Source: Diplonema japonicum
Lineage: Eukaryota > Protista > Euglenozoa: Diplonemea
NCBI GenBank assembly: GCA_964019335.1
Contig: OZ025656.1
Location: forward strand, 558,001 to 622,000
Length of the DNA stretch: 64,000 nucleotides
Direction of reading: 5' to 3'
The translations under genes were made by a program, and so were the position numbers. The notes under the pieces are model-generated. The model did no database searches. It was not told the origin of the DNA and saw nothing but the letters and a program-made list of their open reading frames with translations. This document shows, piece after piece, positions 55,401-64,000 of the stretch (positions are counted from its first letter, which is position 1; each line of letters starts with the position of its first letter).

Positions 55401-57520
55401 GCACAAGACAGGAGGTGCTTCGCAAGCTCATTGATAGCGTGAAATCAAAGAAGGAGATGAATGATGAGGGTGAAAAGACCCTGCAGCTGCCCATGAGCAG
55501 GAGCAAGTCCAGTGTCGAAATAACTACGAAGGCCCCTACTGGCAGTGAGGCTCAGGACCTGATACGGGCAACAGCGGACCTTGCTTGGCGACTGTTCTAT
55601 TTGGGCTCGGCCGATGCATACCCGCAGTGGGACCCTTTGACAGAGGCTTTTTTCGCTGAGGGAGAAACACAGTGCTGGGTGGCGCAGGGCCCACACGCGC
55701 CATGTGTCGTGACCACCACTGTCGGCAGGTCGCAGCATATGCTTGTGACCATCAGGTCGCTCTCGTCGGTGTGTTGCTGGACATGCATTCTTCACAACAA
55801 GCCTACCCTACCACCCTACATGATGAGGACATATAGCCAGCCGAGCATTAACCAACTGGAGCCTGCAGAGCAGGCTGTGCAGAAGGACCTACCCACGTAC
55901 ACAGCTGAGCTTGTGCAACAGGAGCATGATGACGAGCTGCGCGGGCTGTTAAGAATCGAGAGCTCTGCAAGCTCCCTGCTGTGCGACAGAGACGACAAGG
56001 AGCACGGTCTAGACACATCCTTGACCAGCGAGCTGAAGATGTGCGAGCTGGACGAGAGCGTGGGCAGCCCTACTTCAATCACAAGCGGTGAGCGGAGGAA
56101 GGTGCAGCCGCTGTCGGAGGACGACATTGCCACCGCGCTCACACGAGAGAGCCCAACGCAGCACGAGTCGCCCGCCGCCAAGATAGTTCAAAAGTTCATT
56201 CCAATTGCGGACAAGCGTGACAAGCAGGCGTCACCCATGGTGCGTGAGGGCAGCGATGACGGTGCCACCCGGCTGCCCTTGTCTGCGTCATGCGACTTGA
56301 CGAACCCCACACCGCAGAGGAGCCCGACACCCGCAACACGCATGATGACTCCCGCTGCCACCTCACTGTCTGTAGGCGACCATGCGGGGCTTGGCGAGAT
56401 TATGGCCAACACGATCCATGGTGCCTTTATCTTGTCAATGTTCAGGATGACGCCTGCTCCGCAGAGGCTACGGTGGGACGATCAGTTGCTGCGGACGTTG
56501 TCTGCTCTGGACAAGATACCGTGCAAGGAGACACACAAGTATGCACTGTTATAGTTTACAACCCCACACAGGATAGGACTCGTGTACATCGACCACGGGC
56601 AGTACAGGCCGGGCAGTGAGGAAGTAAAGCAAGAGACGTCACAGTGGGGCGAGAGGGAGTTCAAGGTGCTGAGCAACGATTCAGGAAGCTTGCGGTACCA
56701 GAGGTTCATGTGCGGGCTTGGCAAGTTCAAGGATTTGAAGATCCCAAGAGAAGACCCCCGTGAGTCGGTGAAGAAAGGTATCTGGCCGCATCCCTGCCAC
56801 TATTTCGGTGCCCTGGACACAGCGAGACAGCAAGACGGGGCCGTGTGCTTGATGTCGGAAACCCCTCTGCACCAAGTGGTGTACCACGTGGCGAGCATCA
56901 TGAACAACGAGCGCAAAGCGGATATCCGCAGCACAGCAGACAAGAAGAAGCGGCACATTGGAAATGACCACGTATGCCACTACACCACACCACACCACAC
57001 CACACCACACCACACCACACCACACCACACCACTACAGGTGGTCATCACTTATTGCGAGGACACGACCTCTGACATTGACCCCTTTGTGTTGAAGAACGA
57101 GCTGAACTACATCAACATCCTAGTGCAGCCGCTAGCAGATGGGTTCAGCAGGGTTTCCGTGCATTTCAGAGATTGTCAAGAGAATAAGGATAGGTCGCTG
57201 CAGGAGTTGCTGGAGGAAGTTGGGTTTGGGGCAGCACCGTGCAGGGGGAAGGGCGTCGTGGTGCACGATGACAGGCTGTCACAGTTTGTGGGCAGCGCCG
57301 CCCTGCACGCATCGATCGCAACCAAGTCATGGAGGTACTGACACAAGAGAACCAAAAAAAGAATCCTCACAACAGATACGAACGTCAGCAGTACGCTTCC
57401 AACTGGGGCGACCGTCTTCACCGCATCACACAAATCTCTGCGCGCTTCACCGTTAAACCAGAGCAGCGCACCACAGACGACTCCCTCCTGAACGAGTACC
57501 ATGCAAAGGCTAAACAGTGA
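52457..57520 (+). CDS. TSC2: Tuberin (TSC2)-like protein: helical N-terminus and C-terminal Rap-GAP domain
   Basis: After splicing (56539-56571, 56972-57038, 57335-57375): LD.IP..ETHKIGLVY, GSLRYQRFMCGLG, QVVYHVASIM, KKRHIGNDHVVITY and SNWGDRLHRI. RalGAP-alpha is not fully excluded. Confidence 0.8.
56977..57033 (+). repeat. (CCACA)n pentanucleotide microsatellite inside an intron
   Basis: About 11 tandem CCACA units, the first degenerate, directly visible in the sequence. Confidence 0.9.
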
Positions 57521-57627
57521 TAGTGGGATTTCTTTTCTTTTTTTTTCTCTTTCCTTTTTTTTTGTTCCCTCGTTCTTCTTCCTCCCCTCATTTCAATTCC
57601 CAGTATTTCAAAAAAAAAAAGAAAAAA

Positions 57628-58644
57628 ATGGCAGACATGGAGGTGGATACCGAAACGATAACGCAGGGACACCCTGATTATTACTTTGACTCGTACAGCC
57701 ACTATGGCATCCATGAGGAGATGCTGAAGGACAGGGTGAGGACGAGTAGTTATAGGGACGCGATAGTGAATAACAAGCATTTGTTTAAGGACAAGGTGGT
57801 GTTGGATGTTGGCTGCGGGACGGGGATTCTGTGCATGTTCGCGGCCTCTGCGGGGGCGAAGAAAGTAGTTGGTGTTGATTGCAGCAGCATCGTGAACCAG
57901 GCGAAAGAAATCGTGAAGCAAAACGGATTCGAAGACAAAATCATCATAATGAAAGGAAAGATGGAGGAGATCACAATGCCCGAGGGGTGCGAACAAGTAG
58001 ACATAATCATTTCAGAGTGGATGGGCTACTTTCTACTGTACGAGTCCATGCTTAACACAGTCCTGTGGGCTAGGGATAACCTCTTGAAAGAAGGAGGATT
58101 GCTCTTCCCTGAGAAGTCAAGCATGTATGTGTGCGGTATTGAAGATGGAAGCTATCGAAGTGACAAAATAAACTTCTGGGATAACATTCATGGGTTTAGC
58201 TTTAAGTGCATCAAGACGCTTGCGATGCTTGAGCCAATTGTTGATGTTGTGGAGGCGAAGCAGATTGTTACAAACCACTGTAAGCTTATAGATCTTGACC
58301 TTTATAAGGTCAGCGTGGATGACCTTTCCTTCGCAACTCCCTTCCGCCTCTCGATCACTAAAAAGAACAAACTTCACGCGCTCGTTGTGTACTTTGACGT
58401 TACCTTCCCAGGGCACCATCCTGTCTCGTTCTCCACCTCGCCAACCGTCAAGCCCACTCATTGGAAGCAGACTGTCCTCTACACCCAGTCCATACTTGAC
58501 GGGGCTAAAGGGGATATTTTGACAGGAAACCTCTCAGCAAAGCCCAATGCCTCGAACCACCGTGATTTGGACATTAGCCTCTCTGTGGATTTCAAGGGGA
58601 AGAAACACGCTACTAGCTTTGAGCAGGAGTTCAGGCTGCGTTAA
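57628..58644 (+). CDS. PRMT1: Type I protein arginine methyltransferase, PRMT1-like
   Basis: YYFDSYSHYGIHEEMLKD, VLDVGCGTGIL, VDIIISEWMGYFLLYESML (double-E loop) and THWKQ. Confidence 0.93.
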   Translation: MADMEVDTETITQGHPDYYFDSYSHYGIHEEMLKDRVRTSSYRDAIVNNKHLFKDKVVLDVGCGTGILCMFAASAGAKKVVGVDCSSIVNQAKEIVKQNGFEDKIIIMKGKMEEITMPEGCEQVDIIISEWMGYFLLYESMLNTVLWARDNLLKEGGLLFPEKSSMYVCGIEDGSYRSDKINFWDNIHGFSFKCIKTLAMLEPIVDVVEAKQIVTNHCKLIDLDLYKVSVDDLSFATPFRLSITKKNKLHALVVYFDVTFPGHHPVSFSTSPTVKPTHWKQTVLYTQSILDGAKGDILTGNLSAKPNASNHRDLDISLSVDFKGKKHATSFEQEFRLR

Positions 58645-59084
58645 GAAGAAAAAGGAAGTAATAACAAAAAAAAAAAGAAAAAAAGGAAAAAAAAAAAAAA
58701 AAAGAGGGAGAAGTGTGTGTTGTGTGGTTATTTTTATTATATTGTTATTTTGAGTGTTGAGCACGCAGAAAATATCAGACCGGAAAAAAAGAAAAAATGA
58801 AAGAAAGAAAGAAAAGAAAAAATACGAGAGTCGCAGAAGAAAGAAAAAAGAGAAAGAAATAGTGTAAAAAAGAAAAAAAGATTTTTTTTTCTAAACCCCG
58901 TTTAGCATGGGATCAAGAAAAGAAAAAGAAAAAAAAAAAAAACCCTCCTTCCCACCCTCCTGTGGGGGTGTTTTTTTTTCTATTCAGTTTTTTTTTTTTT
59001 TTTTAAATGCTAAGCTTCCCCCTGATCTTTTTTACAAAAGAAAAATAAAATAAAAGAGGGTGGTAAAAAAAAAAAAAGAGAAAC

Positions 59085-59693
59085 ATGCAAATTGCGGACA
59101 CGATCACTTCTGCCCTGAGGCACCAAAAGGAGATTGAGAAGGAGATGGAGGGGAGGATGGAGGGGAAGTGCTGCAACAGAATGAGGTACCTGGACCTGTT
59201 CGGGGCGGAGCACCAGGGCAACGTTGCTTCTGGCTTCGATTTGGTGAAGAAATTTGTCGAAGAAGAGGGGAAGGGGGAGAGGACGAGGCCCACAAGACAC
59301 GAATTGAAGAGCAGGTGCTGTGAGCACAACAGCTGGGACAACGTCAGGGTGTGCAAGAAGGTGATGACCTTGAGGTGCAGGGTTTGCCAAAAGCAGTGGA
59401 GAACACCTGTCGATTCTGTCTGGGAACTGAAATGTGACGCCTTTGGTGCTGGTAAATGTCCTGAAGGCGATTCCTGCCTGCGAATGCACATTCATTACAG
59501 GAAGCAGACTCTTGAAGAACGCGTGCGTTCGCACGGCACAGAAGTGCTGCACCATGTCCGCTCTTCCCGTCTCAAGACGGATTCAGCCCCTACTACCCCC
59601 ACCACTCCTCAGAAGCACCACCAGCAGTATTATCAGTTTGCCTCACCAGACCACCAAGCCCCCCCTGTCTACGTGTATATGCGCCATGATTGA
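59085..59693 (+). CDS. Small CCCH zinc-finger protein with an upstream C-H...CxxC zinc motif (probable RNA-binding protein)
   Basis: CEHNSWDNVR...LRCRVC..QW followed by C-x7-C-x5-C-x3-H (CDAFGAGKCPEGDSCLRMH). Confidence 0.75.
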   Translation: MQIADTITSALRHQKEIEKEMEGRMEGKCCNRMRYLDLFGAEHQGNVASGFDLVKKFVEEEGKGERTRPTRHELKSRCCEHNSWDNVRVCKKVMTLRCRVCQKQWRTPVDSVWELKCDAFGAGKCPEGDSCLRMHIHYRKQTLEERVRSHGTEVLHHVRSSRLKTDSAPTTPTTPQKHHQQYYQFASPDHQAPPVYVYMRHD

Positions 59694-60070
59694 GCATGAG
59701 GATATGCCCCTATGCTTTTTTTTTTATGTATAACTCGAGCCGGGTTTTTTTTCAAGGGTGAAAAAATAAAGTTTTTTTTTTTTTCAATTTTTTTTACTTT
59801 TTATATGTCAACTCCACATTCCTGTCCTTTTTTTTTTGGAGAGGTGTCAAAAAAAAGATCATGTCTGAAACGCCAGCATTATCTGGCATATTGCAGCTTG
59901 TATGTTTGCAAGCGGGATGACGGACAAAGGAGTCGCACACACCGATGATGAGCTGGCCACTGGTTTTTGGCTGTGCCTCCCACCCTTTCAAACCTGGCTC
60001 TTGTTAAATAAAACAACGTATTAAGTAAATACAAAGCATTATTCCACTTGTGGTAGCAGGTTTAACTCGT

Positions 60071-60103
<33 letters not shown>

Positions 60104-60184
60104 TTCGCGAGCGCAGCGAGTGGACTAAAAAAAAAACCCCCTGCCACCACGCGTGAAATAATGGTAGGTGCTTAATAAATAGCT

Positions 60185-60229
<45 letters not shown>

Positions 60230-61993
60230 GGCATGATTAGAGATTATCTGCAGACAAAAAAAAAAAAGAAAAAAAAGAAAAAAAACCAAAAAATAGAAGG
60301 GGGGTATTTGGTATTGATCTCTTTTTTTTTTGTTGAAACATGTGCAACCACCAAAAGAAAAAAAAGAAAAAAAGAAAAAAAAAAACAATCTTCTTTTATT
60401 TTATTCTTAACCTTGAAAGGACCGGAACTGATAAATAAACGTAACACAGGACTAAGGCATTTTTCGGTGATGTGCTCCCCCTCTTTGAAGAATGGCCTTG
60501 TCACACGTACTAAAAGTGGGCCTTTCTTCTTTCACCAGGCGATTCTGGCAGCTTTCCTGAGGCAGGCAACAAACCAGTCGAGTGGATTTAGAGGTGCCTC
60601 TCAGCGAATTATTCACCTTAAAGTCAAGAAAACAACGGTCCTTGGGGTTGAAAAATAAGAAGGGGGGGAAAAAAAAAGAGAGAAAAAAAAGTCGGTTCCC
60701 CTTTTTGACCAGCGCTTGCAGTACCTTTTCGTTTTTTACAAAAAAAAAAGAAAATAAAAGAAAAAGGAAGGGCTTGTTGTTGCGCACAATCAATCAAAAA
60801 AAAAAAGGGGGGGAAAAAACCGGTGTTTTTTTTTCTCTCTCTCTTTTTTTTTTTTCTTCCTCGGTCCCTTTATGTTTGTACGAGACGTTGTTTTTAAATA
60901 TAAAAAAAAAGATTTTTTTGTTTACCGGAATGAAAAAAAAAAAAAATAAGAGGAAAATATTTTTAAAAAAAAAAGGGGGATTAGTCCGGGAAGAGGTAAA
61001 GAAATTCAGCTGAAGGGGAGGAGGCGCATAAACAATGAATAGCGTCGATCCGCTTCTTTCCTTCTTTCGTTCTCTTCCCTCCCCCCCCCCCCCAATAATT
61101 TGTTGTTTTTTTAAAGCGGGGAAATATGGTGTTCCTTGTTCTCTTTTTGTTTTTATTTGTTGAGGCGTCCTGTCACATACCGCGGTACCCTTAAATGTCT
61201 CTTTTTTTTTGTTTTTTATTTGTTTTTGGGGACGTTGCTAAAATTCTTCTCCCCCCCCCCCCCCCATCATAGTGAGTTGCTGTTTGGTACTATTTTTTAA
61301 TTTTTAGTTTTTCCCAATTAAATTTCTTTTTTTTAGGTTTTCTACCCCCCCCCCCCCACCCCCCTTGGCACGTACAAACGACAGCCAATTTCCTCTTCAA
61401 TTCTGCGACTTTTCCGCGAGTCAGACTTTTTTTTTTTTTTTTTTTTTTCGAATTTTTTTTTTCCTACTGGTTTTTACCTGTGCTAAAAAAAAAAAAAAGT
61501 TTTTTTTCATAGATCTTTATTAAAGAGTATTTGTTTGCCCCCCCCCCCCCCCATCTTTTTGTTTGGGGGGGGTGATGGTCCACTAACACTCCGCAGCCCA
61601 GTTTTTTCTTTTTCGTTTCTGAAAACGACGGTTTTTATTAATTTTGTATGTTATTTTTTTTTGTTTTTATCCTCCTCCCTGTCCTTCTTATTCTCACCAC
61701 ACATCCTATTTCTTTTGACAAAAAAAAAAAAAAAAAGAAAACGTCAGACTCTGTCAAAAAACACACTCCCCACTCCACTGATTTCGTGCATCCTGCCAAA
61801 AGAGTTGTTGCTAACAGCCCCATTATAGTGAATGAAATCTATTTTCTTCTCTGAGGGACTCCCTCTCTCTCTCTCTCTCTCTCCCCCTTTTTTTTTTTGT
61901 TAGCAATGTACTTAATAGCCTTCTATTTTTATATGTTTTTTTATTTATGTTTTTGGGTTGTAAGCCACCCGCGGGTTTCCACCCATCGCATTG

Positions 61994-62024
<31 letters not shown>

Positions 62025-62354
62025 GCCCCCCTCCCCTCGGCCCATGCGGTGCATGCAAAAAGGTTTTTTTGTTCCATTTAATGTTTCTCCGAAAGAAGGA
62101 GGAGAAAAAAAAAAATATTTGCACTCAGAGTCTCGGTGGTTCTCATTAGTCGCGGTGCTGATCACCATTATGCACGAAGCCAAACACAGTGCAGGGGGAG
62201 GAAAAAGAAGAGGGATGACAAAATCCTCAATTCTCTTCTTTTCTTTCCTTTTTTTTTTCTTGCTATGTTTCCAGATCTTCTTCCCTCAACACAAGCAACA
62301 CAGAGGGACTCAGGGTCAACCTGGACACAGTAGGACATAAACCGAATCCTGCCC

Positions 62355-62403
<49 letters not shown>

Positions 62404-62830
62404 TCGCAAAAAAAGTGAAAGAAAAAGAAAAGGAAAACTCGCTTTTTGCCAGAAGAAAGTTATTGGGGACGGCCATTGGTGTCTTCCACCTTTATGAGTC
62501 TTCCGCTTTTTGCCAAACCACACCTTCCCCCTTTATTTATTTTTTTTTTTTTTTTATATCGTGGTACTTCTTTCTTTAGGGCATGGAAGGCACTTTTTCC
62601 CTAAAGATTGTCACAGGATGGGCAACAGAAGAGGGCAAGGGGTAGACCAAGTGGTGGATTTTATAGTACTTAAGTAGTTAAGCAAAGTACTCAACCTTTT
62701 TGAACCTTTTGTATTCTGAGGCTTTTTTGCCAGCAAAGTGATAGCAGGCATGGTAACAGCTTACCTCTCCTGACCCGCTTTCCTAGTTTTTTTTTTTTTT
62801 TTTTTTTAATGTCTTCTTTTTTTTTTATAT

Positions 62831-63642
62831 GAGCTCGTCCGGACGAAAATGTCAACACTTTTTTGGGCACCTCCGAAAATTTCTTGTTTTGATTATTTGA
62901 GCAAAAAAAGGGCAGCATGCAACCATAGGAAGATGACATATATGGTGTACATGGCGCCGTCTTTCAATTGCGATGCTTGTTTTGCCATGAGGGTGGCAGG
63001 CTTCGCAACCGGCTGCCCCTGGGAAGCGAAAAATAGAGGTTAAAAAAACGGCGAAAAAAGTTTAAAATGCAATTTCATTGCTTAAAATGCAGCATCTAGG
63101 GTGCATAAAATTGGTGTTCAAGCGCACTTGTGACCCCTGGGTACAACCCAGGGTCGGGTTACTGTTAAAAGTACTTAGCGAAAAATATATGGCGCCGCAT
63201 AGCCCCCGAAAATCCGGTTTTTTACACCCTATTTTTTGGCTTTTTCAAGGGGTTCCTAAGGGATTTTGGCCTTTTTCAGAAAAACCAATTCTTAACACTT
63301 GCCTGCTCATGCAGAGCTTCGACATTGGTATCTTTTCCAGCCCACCCAAAGGTTTCACAGATTTTCAGTCAATCCGGAAAAACGAAAATAAAAAATGGAG
63401 TCTGGGTTATTTGTAACTTCCAAATTGAATTGTTTGCCAAAAACCATTCTAAAAAACATGTTTTTGCACGTGCGTTTTAAAAATAAAACAAACGGCGAGC
63501 ATTTTGACCTATATGGTGATCAAGCTTAGACTGCATTTCTGCACACAAAGTGGTGTCGGACTACTTTTGTACTTAGAAGTTTAACGGGGGTTTTACGCCG
63601 CATAGGAGGGTCATTTGTTGACATTTTTTTCCGGACGAGCTC
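62831..63642. mobile_element. Non-autonomous DNA transposon (MITE-like), 812 bp, with 27-bp TIRs
   Basis: GAGCTCGTCCGGACGAAAATGTCAACA (62831-62857) matches the reverse complement of 63616-63642 at 25/27 positions. ATAT flanks both sides and there is no transposase ORF. Confidence 0.85.
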
Positions 63643-64000
63643 ATATTATTATTATTACTCCTTAGCATGTTGTATCATATTTTTAAAAGCTTTTGTTTTG
63701 TCATTTTTTTTTTGTTCTCTTTTTACAACACACAAACGCGAAAAAAGGTGCAGCAGAAAAGAAAAGAAAAAGAAGAAGAAGAAACCTGTATTGTATACAC
63801 CCCGATACCCCTCTTTTCTTTCTTTTTTTTTTTTTGAGTTCTGTGAATCTCATTTATTTCCCTTGTTCTTTTAATTGCTATCAGTGTCCTTCTTTTTTTT
63901 TTTTCTTTCTTTAATCACTTCTCAATGGGAGGGGGTTTTAAAAAAAAAAAAAAAAAAAAAGGGAATGTGAAAAAAAAAAAAAAAGAAATAGAAGTTAGGA

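Overview
Eukaryotic nuclear DNA, most likely from a free-living euglenozoan and probably diplonemid-like (inferred from gene content and organisation, not proven). About 29 protein-coding genes all lie on the + strand in one directional, probably polycistronic and trans-spliced, cluster. I could reconstruct about 31 very short GT-AG cis-introns (33-67 nt, 25 with a GTATG donor), and most sit in the 3' part of the coding regions. Recognisable genes are a 2OG-Fe(II) dioxygenase, BCKDH E1-alpha, CPS II, VMA21, MYG1, xylulokinase, ASC-1/TRIP4, a tuberin/TSC2-like RapGAP and PRMT1. The main points of interest are: two tandem genes fusing a DMT/nucleotide-sugar-transporter-like membrane domain to a GT15 (Kre2/Mnt1-type) mannosyltransferase; a tandem pair of Tweety/prominin-like membrane proteins; a protein with 14 copies of a KYGPEP helical repeat; two small spliced genes missed by the ORF track (58 aa, and 133 aa ending in CCAAX); homopolymer-rich intergenic regions that fold back into nested stems; and an 812-bp non-autonomous TIR transposon near the end. 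All domain calls come from motif recognition by eye, with no database search. Homopolymer lengths may be affected by sequencing error.
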